Below are positions 10,325 through 18,205 of a stretch of DNA of 64,000 bases, piece after piece. The stretch lies in assembly GCA_036511495.1 (NCBI GenBank), contig DATCCC010000027.1, positions 58,174-122,173 of the forward strand. The letters are read 5' to 3'. The notes under the pieces were generated by a model, which was given only the letters and a program-made list of their open reading frames with translations, made no database searches and was not told where the DNA came from. The position numbers and the translations under genes were made by a program. The number at the start of each line of letters is the position of its first letter. The stretch's first letter is position 1. The stretch comes from Acidimicrobiales bacterium. Its GTDB lineage: Bacteria > Actinomycetota > Acidimicrobiia > Acidimicrobiales > RAAP-2.

Positions 10325-13014
10325 GCAAGAACCTTAGCGTTGCTTCGACGGCGTCTCTTGGTGGCGTACGCCGCCGCCACGCCGAGTAGAAGAAGCAGTG
10401 AGGCCGCCGACGTCGCGACACTGACTTCGATATAGGGCGCGTGGTAGTGGAAGTGAATTGTCCACTTCCCCTCGGGTACAAGAACGCTTTCGATCAAGCC
10501 GGCCCGATGAACGTTGAGGTCAACGCTCTTTCCCGTCACGTTGTTCAATGCCGTCGCGCGCCAGCCGGGCAGGTACGCCTCACTTCGTTCGACCACACTC
10601 GACGTGGTGAGCGCGACGCTGACCCACGTGTCACCCCACGAGGCGCTGTGGATATTCGTCACCGTCCCATTTGACGATGGCCCTTCGAGCCACACCCGCG
10701 GTTTCAGTCTCACCGACTTGAAAACGGAGAATTTTTCTTCCGTGGACGCGAGACGCCACGCTGAGGAGGAGATTGCTAATTGAAAAGGGTTGTCGAGTTG
10801 GAAACTCGGTCCACTACCCGATTGGGCCACCACCGTGTCACCCAGGTGCAGAGCCGTCGGGGAGGACAAGACGAAACCGGCGGCAAGCGTTGAACCCTTC
10901 AAGTTCACCGTCTCTACTGGTCCGTTCTTTACGCTGAGCACGGGTCCGACGAGTTTGCCAACGCCGTTGAGAAGTTGAATCCTCATGGGACTCGTTGACA
11001 ACGCTCTGTTGTCGACGCCAGTAAGTGTGATGTTCTTGACCCTTAGAAGTTGTCCGAAGTAACGATGCGTCACGCGAGGCGAAGTGGCCGGCACGCAGGT
11101 GCTTGGAACCGTCGGAGAAAGGAGCGTATTGGTCGCGAGTTCAGAACTCGAAATTGCGATCGCGCTGAGTCGAAGTTGCGTGAACGTGCCTCCAGCTAAA
11201 TGACACGGGTCGAGCATCGTTTGGGGATGGGTGCCCGTCGCGTCGTCGTAGATCGTCGAGATCAGCGCCCCGTAACCCTGCACGCTGGCGAGACCGGTAA
11301 AGACGTTCATGTTCGGTTCGCCGAGCGATCGGTACACGCCAGTGTGCACGCCACCTTGATCGACCAGCGCGAATCGTCCCTTGGTGCCAAAGAGTGCCAC
11401 GGCAGTCGCGCGAGAGGACTCACGGGGTCCCGATCCGCCGAGCAGGCCCGTCGCGGTGAAGGCGGAAAAGGCGAGGAGATCAACGACCAGAATGGTCATG
11501 AATATCTTCATGAATCGCCGCGAGTGTCGCCACACCAGCACCGCGAGTACCGCCGCGAGCGCGATGAGTAGTTGCAAGACGTTGACCAACTTGTTGGCGT
11601 TAGCGAGGTGCGCTTTGCCAGCGGGTACGCCAATGTGACTGACAATGAACGGTCCCCAACCAATGAGCGCAACGGAGATCGCGACAACGAACAGCGCGGG
11701 CGCGATGGTAACCCACGTCGAAAATTTGGTGAGCTTCGTTCGCAGGTTCTTGGTCTCGAGGAGATGGTGAATCCACCAGCCAAGCATGATCGACAACGCA
11801 AAGTCCACCAAGATGATGTTGCGGCTCTGTAGTCGGGTCGAGCCAAAGAGCGGAATGTCTCGAAAGAGGTGACCGGCCTGCGTGAAGTATCCCCAGGCCG
11901 CAAAGAGTCCCACGATGCCAATCACGACGTAGATCACGTAGTCGCGATCCGCGCCCTTCCACCCTCGCCAGCGCAGTCGCGACACGAAAGCCGCTCCGGC
12001 CATGAGCGCGAGGACACCGGCGTAGCCGGTCACTTCAGCGAGGTTGTAGTTGGCGAAGAATCCCTGTTGACCAAAGGCGCCGTTGCCACCAAAGAGATCC
12101 GGCGTGAAGAGGAGTACCGCCCAGCGAACGGCCAGCGACCCCGCGCCAAAAAAGGCGTAGTTCACTTGGGAACGTTGCGAGAAGGTGATGAACGACCAAC
12201 CCGGCAAGAGCTGCACGAGGCCCAGTCCGACACCCCAGACAAAGCCGATCAGCAACGTTGCTAAGTAGGCCCCACGCCGTCGCCACGACCGCAGCCAGTA
12301 CGACGTTCGCAACAACAACACACACGGCACGACGATGATCGTCAACAACTCAATGTCGGCCATGCCTCTCGGTTCACCGGTAAGAAAAATCAGTCCCCAC
12401 AACAACGCGACGCCAAAGATCCACGGCAAGGCCGCGCGTGCGAGTTCCATCCACGTTGCGTCAGCGCGGGTGGAGCTCAGTCGCCTCGACAACGCGAACA
12501 TGATGAGCGCCGCCCACGGAATATACGAGAAGCCTTGTATAACACCAAGGTGAACCATCTGGCCGATCATGGCGCCCGAGTAGGCGTAGGTGATCGCGCC
12601 ACTAAAGGCGGCGACGGTGCGAAGTCCGTGCCAACGAAGGAGTGCGAAGACGCCCACCGCGGCCGTGAGGTAGACGACGATCATGTTGATGACCCACGCG
12701 GCGATGGCGGGGACGAAGGCAAAGATCACCGTGAGCGGGTAGAGCGCACCAGCGTTCATTCCACCCAGTAACGGCGTGCCCGCGTTGGTAAGTGGATCGA
12801 GGAGCGGTAGGTGGCCAGACGCGATCTGCTTGCCGGCGAGGACGCGCAGGGGGAAGTTCTGAATTAAGTTGTCGGCGTCGATGGCCGGACGACCGAGCAG
12901 CGCGGGAATGATAAAGAGCGCGGCCGGAATGAGGAGAAGCCACCACAGAGCCCAGCGGTCGCTGCGGGTAAGCGGTCGCCACCAGGGCGTGGGCGTCTCC
13001 GCGGCGTTACTCAT
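10321..13014 (-). CDS. Large polytopic membrane protein, YfhO-like (putative GT-C glycosyltransferase)
   Basis: More than 10 TM segments; N-terminal D..QNFP...GHLPLLDP..NAGTPLLG and C-terminal EAYLPGWRA...VPEGKWTIHFHY match the YfhO pattern. Start moved to ATG 13014 because the GTG at 13053 lies inside the pnp terminator and TAGCCT sits 7 nt upstream of the ATG. Confidence 0.7.
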   Translation of the reverse strand: MSNAAETPTPWWRPLTRSDRWALWWLLLIPAALFIIPALLGRPAIDADNLIQNFPLRVLAGKQIASGHLPLLDPLTNAGTPLLGGMNAGALYPLTVIFAFVPAIAAWVINMIVVYLTAAVGVFALLRWHGLRTVAAFSGAITYAYSGAMIGQMVHLGVIQGFSYIPWAALIMFALSRRLSSTRADATWMELARAALPWIFGVALLWGLIFLTGEPRGMADIELLTIIVVPCVLLLRTSYWLRSWRRRGAYLATLLIGFVWGVGLGLVQLLPGWSFITFSQRSQVNYAFFGAGSLAVRWAVLLFTPDLFGGNGAFGQQGFFANYNLAEVTGYAGVLALMAGAAFVSRLRWRGWKGADRDYVIYVVIGIVGLFAAWGYFTQAGHLFRDIPLFGSTRLQSRNIILVDFALSIMLGWWIHHLLETKNLRTKLTKFSTWVTIAPALFVVAISVALIGWGPFIVSHIGVPAGKAHLANANKLVNVLQLLIALAAVLAVLVWRHSRRFMKIFMTILVVDLLAFSAFTATGLLGGSGPRESSRATAVALFGTKGRFALVDQGGVHTGVYRSLGEPNMNVFTGLASVQGYGALISTIYDDATGTHPQTMLDPCHLAGGTFTQLRLSAIAISSSELATNTLLSPTVPSTCVPATSPRVTHRYFGQLLRVKNITLTGVDNRALSTSPMRIQLLNGVGKLVGPVLSVKNGPVETVNLKGSTLAAGFVLSSPTALHLGDTVVAQSGSGPSFQLDNPFQLAISSSAWRLASTEEKFSVFKSVRLKPRVWLEGPSSNGTVTNIHSASWGDTWVSVALTTSSVVERSEAYLPGWRATALNNVTGKSVDLNVHRAGLIESVLVPEGKWTIHFHYHAPYIEVSVATSAASLLLLLGVAAAYATKRRRRSNAKVLA

Positions 13015-13029
13015 TTGCTCCAGGCTACG

Positions 13030-13076
13030 AAAAAGTACGAGGCCGTGGTGCACAGTCCAAGACTGCGCACCACGAC
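13030..13076 (-). terminator. Probable intrinsic terminator downstream of pnp
   Basis: Minus-strand hairpin GUGGUGCGCAGUC-UUG-GACUGUGCACCAC followed shortly by UUUUU. Confidence 0.65.
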
Positions 13077-13086
13077 CGGTCGTTAC

Positions 13087-15510
13087 TTAGCGTCGACGGG
13101 GTCGCGGGGTGCGGCGTCCTCCGCCGTCACCATCACTAAACGTCGGGCCGCCGGGGCCCAAGTCACCGATTTCTCCAGCCAACTCAGCCTCAAAGGAGGC
13201 TTCGAACGACGACGACTTCGCCGAAGCGCTCGCGCGCTCGGGACGACTGTCGCGCTCGGGACGACTGTCGCGCTCGGGACGGCGTTCGCGGCTACGCGGT
13301 GCCTCGTCAACGGCGTCGGGAAAGTCCCCAACGAGCGACAGCGAGACTTTGCCCTGGGGATCGATGTCATCGACTTTTACTTCGAGTGCTTGACCGAGCT
13401 CGAGAACGTCCTCGACTTGACCAATACGTTTGCCACCATTGAGCGGCGCCAACTTCGAGATGTGCAGCAGTCCATCACGCCCGGGGAGGATGTTAATGAA
13501 CGCGCCGAACTTCGCGATGGAGACCACGCGACCTTGGTAGACCGCGCCCACGTCAGCCGAGGGTGGGTCCAAGATGAGCGAAATACGACGGCGAGCTTCT
13601 TCAACGGCCCGGCCATCCTTCGCACCAATCGTCACGGTTCCAACAACACCGTCGTCATCGACCGCAATGTCCGCACCCGTCTCCTGCTGGAGCATGTTGA
13701 TGACTTTGCCCTTTGGCCCAATGACCTCACCGATCTTGTCGATGGGAATCTCGAGGGTGACAATCTTCGGCGCAACGTCCGCCACGTGACTACGGGGCTC
13801 GGCGATCGTGTCGGTCAGGACCTTAAGGATCGCGAGACGCGCGTCCTTGGCTTGGTGCAACGCTTTCGCGAGAACGTCGGCGGGAAGCCCGTCGATCTTC
13901 GTGTCGAGTTGCAACGCCGTGACGGCGTCCGCGGTGCCGGCAACCTTAAAGTCCATGTCCCCAAAAGCGTCTTCGGCGCCGAGGATGTCGGTCAAGGTCA
14001 CGTAGGTTCCCTCGTCGTAGACGAGACCCATCGCGATACCCGCAACGGGCGCCTTAATGGGAACGCCAGCCGCCATCAGCGACAGCGTCGATCCACAGAC
14101 CGAACCCATTGAGGTCGAACCGTTGGACTGCATGACGTCTGAGACAACGCGCAGCGTGTAGGCAAACTCTTCTTCACTCGGTAGTACCGGCACGAGCGCG
14201 CGCTCGGCCAACATGCCGTGGCCGACTTCGCGCCGCTTGGGCGCACCCACGCGACCGGTCTCACCCACTGAGTAAGGCGGGAAGTTGTAGTGGTGCATAT
14301 AGCGACGGAACTCATCGGGCGAGATGGTGTCGAGCTGTTGGCGCATGCGAGGCATGCCCAGGGTCGTCACGTTTACCACTTGGGTCTCACCGCGCTGGAA
14401 GAGCGCCGAGCCGTGGGTCATGGGAAAGAGGTCGATCTCGGCCGAAAGGGGACGAATGTCCGCCACGCCACGTCCGTCAATACGCACGCCGTCTTCGACG
14501 ATGCGACGACGAACGAGCTTCTTGGTCAACGAGCGTACGGCGGCCTTGATTTCACTGCCACGACCTTCAAACTCACCAGTCAGTTCGTCGGTGATGGTCT
14601 TAGTCACCGCGGCTAAAGCGTCGTTACGCGCTGCCTTGGTGGTGATCTTGTTGGCTTCGGCGAGTTCCGCGCCACCAACACTGACGACGCGTTCGTAGAC
14701 ATCGTCTTGGTAGTCAGCAAAGGTCTCGTAAGGAAAGACCGGCAACGGACCACGCGCGGCGATGAAGTCTTTGACGAGTTCACGCTGGAGGTTGATCGCT
14801 TCACGAATCCAGAGCTTCGAAGCATCAAGACCAGCGGCGAGAACGTCTTCGCTGACCTTGGGAGCGCCGTCGGCATACTTCTCGAAGGAACCTTCAGTGC
14901 CACCGGCTTCGACCATCATGATCGCGACGTCGGCGTCAACGGAGTCGCTGAGGGCACGTCCGGCAACCACGAGTTCGAACGTCGCGGCGTCGCCTTCGGC
15001 GTAGGTGGGGTGGGGGACCCACTCGCCCTCCGTCGTAAAGGCCATACGAACGGCACCAATGGGGCCGTCGAAGGGAATACCGGAGATCATGATCGCGGCC
15101 GACGCGGCGTTAATTGCCAAAATGTCGTGCGGGTTCTCCTGGTCGGCGCTGAAGATCGTGCCGACGACTTGGACCTCGTTACGAAAGCCCTTCGGGAAAG
15201 AAGGACGCAACGGACGGTCGATTAAACGACAGATGAGAATCGCCTGGTCCGAAAGCTTACCCTCGCGGCGAAAGAACGCCCCGGGAATCTTTCCGGCCGC
15301 GTAGGCGCGCTCTTCAATGTCGATGGTGAGAGGGAAAAAGTCCATTCCCTCTCGTGCGCTTCGCGCCGCGGTGACCGTGGCGAGCAACATGGTGTCGCCG
15401 ATGCGCGCCAGAACGGCGCCGTCGGCTAGTTGGGCGAGGTGACCGGCTTCAAAACTCATCGTCTTGTCGGTACCCGTGATGGGACTGCTTACGCTTATTG
15501 CGTCAGTCAT
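13087..15510 (-). CDS. pnp: Polyribonucleotide nucleotidyltransferase (PNPase)
   Basis: RLIDRPLRP, HHYNFPPYS, SNGSTSMGSVC, GDMDFKVAG, then KH and S1 domains. Start set at ATG 15510 with AAGGAG upstream. Confidence 0.97.
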   Translation of the reverse strand: MTDAISVSSPITGTDKTMSFEAGHLAQLADGAVLARIGDTMLLATVTAARSAREGMDFFPLTIDIEERAYAAGKIPGAFFRREGKLSDQAILICRLIDRPLRPSFPKGFRNEVQVVGTIFSADQENPHDILAINAASAAIMISGIPFDGPIGAVRMAFTTEGEWVPHPTYAEGDAATFELVVAGRALSDSVDADVAIMMVEAGGTEGSFEKYADGAPKVSEDVLAAGLDASKLWIREAINLQRELVKDFIAARGPLPVFPYETFADYQDDVYERVVSVGGAELAEANKITTKAARNDALAAVTKTITDELTGEFEGRGSEIKAAVRSLTKKLVRRRIVEDGVRIDGRGVADIRPLSAEIDLFPMTHGSALFQRGETQVVNVTTLGMPRMRQQLDTISPDEFRRYMHHYNFPPYSVGETGRVGAPKRREVGHGMLAERALVPVLPSEEEFAYTLRVVSDVMQSNGSTSMGSVCGSTLSLMAAGVPIKAPVAGIAMGLVYDEGTYVTLTDILGAEDAFGDMDFKVAGTADAVTALQLDTKIDGLPADVLAKALHQAKDARLAILKVLTDTIAEPRSHVADVAPKIVTLEIPIDKIGEVIGPKGKVINMLQQETGADIAVDDDGVVGTVTIGAKDGRAVEEARRRISLILDPPSADVGAVYQGRVVSIAKFGAFINILPGRDGLLHISKLAPLNGGKRIGQVEDVLELGQALEVKVDDIDPQGKVSLSLVGDFPDAVDEAPRSRERRPERDSRPERDSRPERASASAKSSSFEASFEAELAGEIGDLGPGGPTFSDGDGGGRRTPRPRRR
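13233..13281. repeat. 18-bp tandem repeat (about 2.7 copies) in the PNPase C-terminal tail, encoding RPERDS repeats
   Basis: cgcgctcgggacgactgt at 13233-13250 and 13251-13268, partial copy at 13269-13281. Confidence 0.85.
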
Positions 15511-15529
15511 GGATTGGCTCCTTGTGTTA

Positions 15530-15636
15530 AACAACACTCCGCCCGAATCCCAGTGAGCGACCGCCGCCCTGGGCGACTGTCCTCCACTGGCCTTCGAGGC
15601 CTCGGAAATGTTGTTCACGTCGACGGCGTCGACGTG
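15530..15636 (-). promoter_or_regulatory. Structured pnp 5' leader (long stem-loop, Actino-pnp-like) plus a hairpin just after rpsO
   Basis: AACAACAUUUCC pairs with GGAGUGUUGUU, with inner CCAGUG/CACUGG; separate hairpin CACGUCGAC-GCC-GUCGACGUG at 15616-15636. Confidence 0.7.
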
Positions 15637-15645
15637 GGTGTTCGG

Positions 15646-15903
15646 CTAGCGACGAATGCCGAGACGACCAATCAAAGCGCGATAGCGCTCTACGTTGCCT
15701 TTTTGCACGTAGTCCAGCAAACGACGGCGTTGACCGATGAGCTTCATGAGTCCACGGCGGGTGTGATGATCGCCCTTGTGAACCTTGAGGTGCTCGGTGA
15801 GGTGCGAGATTCGAGCTGTCAGGAGCGCTACTTGGACTTCGGATGAACCGGTGTCCGAGACGTGCGCCTGAAAATCCTTAATAATCTCTTGCTTCTCAGT
15901 CAT
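15646..15903 (-). CDS. rpsO: 30S ribosomal protein S15
   Basis: [13 protein letters not shown]...[11 protein letters not shown]...RRRLLDY. Confidence 0.97.
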   Translation of the reverse strand: MTEKQEIIKDFQAHVSDTGSSEVQVALLTARISHLTEHLKVHKGDHHTRRGLMKLIGQRRRLLDYVQKGNVERYRALIGRLGIRR

Positions 15904-15995
15904 TACTTGTGTGCCTTATTGAGTCGGGGGTCCCGTTGCGAGTCGCCAACGAGACGACCCACACGATCAGCGTCGCTGACCGAGTGTCTATCCTA
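15904..15995 (-). promoter_or_regulatory. rpsO promoter and structured leader (candidate S15-binding element)
   Basis: TAGGAT -10 at 15990-15995; hairpins CGGUCAGCG-AC-GCUGAUCG and GUCUCGUUG...CAACGGGAC before the start codon. Confidence 0.55.
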
Positions 15996-16944
15996 GCAGT
16001 TCGGTCTCTTCTGGCGAGAACTTCTTATAGATCTGTTGGGTTTCAGCGACGTCACGCGCGATCTGCGCGCTCAACGCCGCGGCGTCAACGAAGGTCGTCT
16101 GAGCGCGCTGGCGGGACAAAAAGACGACGTCGAGGCTCGAATCGTAAAGGTTGCCCTTGAAACCGAGCAGGTGCACCTCCACGAGCAAATCACCGTGTTC
16201 GTAAAACTGGGGTCGCGTGCCTACCGAGATCGCCGCGGGCCACCACGCCCCCCCTACACACGCCGCGCCCGCGTAGACGCCTTCGGCCGGCAACTGTTGG
16301 AACGGCGGCATCGTCAGATTGGCCGTGGGAAACCCTAAGCCGCTCCCTCGATCGTCGCCGTGAACCACTTCGCCACGAAGGATGAACGGGCGCCCGAGGA
16401 TCTTTCGCGCGGCCTCCAGGTCACCCTGGGTGAGGGCGTTGCGCACCAGCGTCGAACTCCAACGCGCGCCGTCGCCAAAGAGTGGGGTCGGATGAACGCT
16501 AAAGCCCACCTTGGCTCCGACCTCTTCTAACAGAGCGACGTTTCCTTCACGATTGTGTCCAAAGTGAAAGTCCTCGCCCACCACGACGCCTCGCGCACGC
16601 AGCTCGCCTACGAGCACGCGCTGGATGAAGTCGCGCGCAGTCTCTTTGGCCAACGTTGCGTCAAAGGTGAGAACCAAAACCTGGTCCACGCCGAGCGCCT
16701 CGAGTCCCTCGAGACGCTGAGCCAGCGTCGCCACGAGCCGCGGCGCCTTTGTTGGAGCGAAGAACATCGCGGGCGACGGGTCAAAAGTGACGACCGTGGC
16801 GAGGGTGTCGTGCTCTTTGGCCAGCGCGACAAGACTGGCAATGACCGCCTGGTGACCGCGATGCAGACCATCGAACACGCCAATCGCGACCACGCTCTCT
16901 TCGAGTGACGCTACACTCGCTTCACCGTCGCGAACAATAATCAC
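15988..16944 (-). CDS. ribF: Bifunctional riboflavin kinase/FAD synthetase
   Basis: IGVFDGLHRGHQ; VGEDFHFG; GFPTAN; VEVHLL. Confidence 0.95.
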   Translation of the reverse strand: MIIVRDGEASVASLEESVVAIGVFDGLHRGHQAVIASLVALAKEHDTLATVVTFDPSPAMFFAPTKAPRLVATLAQRLEGLEALGVDQVLVLTFDATLAKETARDFIQRVLVGELRARGVVVGEDFHFGHNREGNVALLEEVGAKVGFSVHPTPLFGDGARWSSTLVRNALTQGDLEAARKILGRPFILRGEVVHGDDRGSGLGFPTANLTMPPFQQLPAEGVYAGAACVGGAWWPAAISVGTRPQFYEHGDLLVEVHLLGFKGNLYDSSLDVVFLSRQRAQTTFVDAAALSAQIARDVAETQQIYKKFSPEETELLG

Positions 16945-16953
16945 GCCAGCAAC

Positions 16954-17853
16954 CTACCCGCGCTCGTTCGTCACTTGGACGGGCAGGACGACACTCGGCT
17001 GCCACGACTCGCCGCGACGGCGCAGTACCGCGACTAACGCGCCGCGGTCGTTGAGTGCGGCGATCTCATCACTCAACGGCGCGTCGAGCGACACGCGTTG
17101 ACCCATGCGAAGACGTCGCTCTTCATCTTCGCTCACGACGATCTCTTCGAGCTGCGTGACAAAGGCGCGCGGCGGTTTCAGAAACTGGCCACCGTCGCCC
17201 ACGCATCGGTCGAACTGCTCAAAGGTCATCGCGTCCGCGACGTGGTGTGAACCACTCGAGAGTCGTCGAAGTGCACTGAGGTGACCAATCGTTCCAAGAC
17301 GCTCGGCAAGATCGCTCAAGAGCACGCGCACGTACGTGCCCACCGAACACGTCACGTCAAAGGTCCACTCGTCGCTCTTTGATGTAGGCGAAAGGGTGAA
17401 AGCGTGAATGGCGATATCACGAGGCTCACGCTCGACAACCACGCCCTCACGAGCCAAGACGTGAAGTCGTTTGCCCTTGACCTTGAGGGCTGAGACCATG
17501 GGGGGAATCTGGGAGACACCGCCGAGCATGGCGGCCGCTTCGCCGCCAACAAAATCAACGTCGAGAGGCGCCACGTCGCGACGCTCGAGCACTTCTCCAT
17601 CGGCGTCGAGTGAGTCCGTGCGAACGCCAAAGGTGACGACGCCTTCGTAGCGCTTCGTCTCACTTTGGGCGAAGCGCAACAGGCGTGTCGACGCGCCGAC
17701 CGCGAGCACCAACAGACCCGTGGCCATGGGATCGAGCGTGCCGGCGTGGCCGACGCGCTGTTCATTCAGTACTTTACGAACGTGGGCCACCACGTCGTGA
17801 CTCGTAAGACCCTTCGGCTTATCGATTAAGAGCAGTCCGTTATTCGTCGTCAT
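16954..17853 (-). CDS. truB: tRNA pseudouridine(55) synthase
   Basis: IDKPKGLTSHDVV; GHAGTLDPMATG; GTYVR. Start set at ATG 17853, overlapping the rbfA end. Confidence 0.95.
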   Translation of the reverse strand: MTTNNGLLLIDKPKGLTSHDVVAHVRKVLNEQRVGHAGTLDPMATGLLVLAVGASTRLLRFAQSETKRYEGVVTFGVRTDSLDADGEVLERRDVAPLDVDFVGGEAAAMLGGVSQIPPMVSALKVKGKRLHVLAREGVVVEREPRDIAIHAFTLSPTSKSDEWTFDVTCSVGTYVRVLLSDLAERLGTIGHLSALRRLSSGSHHVADAMTFEQFDRCVGDGGQFLKPPRAFVTQLEEIVVSEDEERRLRMGQRVSLDAPLSDEIAALNDRGALVAVLRRRGESWQPSVVLPVQVTNERG

Positions 17854-18202
17854 GGCGTGTTCGTCGCAGCACCTCTTCGATCGCTGAACCACTGGCCACT
17901 GCCGGATCAGCCACGAACGTGAGTTTGGGCGTTCGCTTTAGTCGCGTTTGAACATTCACCGCACCCTGAATCTGCGCTCTTCGCTCCTCGAGGGCAACTT
18001 TGGCGATGTCGGAAAGCGAGTCGAAGAATACCGTGGCGTGGCGCATGTCCGACGATGTATCCACACCGGTCACCGTCAAGAGTCCGAGACGTTCATCGAC
18101 GTCGGAGATTCGCACGAGTTCATCAGAAATTATCTCGCGCAGTATCTGATTAATTCGAGCCGAACGCGGGTAGGGATGATTGGAACTCGATGAGTGGGCC
18201 AT
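17840..18202 (-). CDS. rbfA: Ribosome-binding factor A
   Basis: LTVTGVDTSSDMRHATVF and LKRTPKLTFVAD; located between infB and truB. Confidence 0.92.
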   Translation of the reverse strand: MAHSSSSNHPYPRSARINQILREIISDELVRISDVDERLGLLTVTGVDTSSDMRHATVFFDSLSDIAKVALEERRAQIQGAVNVQTRLKRTPKLTFVADPAVASGSAIEEVLRRTRHDDE

Positions 18203-18205
18203 GCG

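Noticed and set aside
13015-14112. 365-aa plus-strand ORF with a repeated ALGTTV
   Set aside because: Antisense to pnp; the repeat is the reverse reading of the pnp 18-bp repeat.
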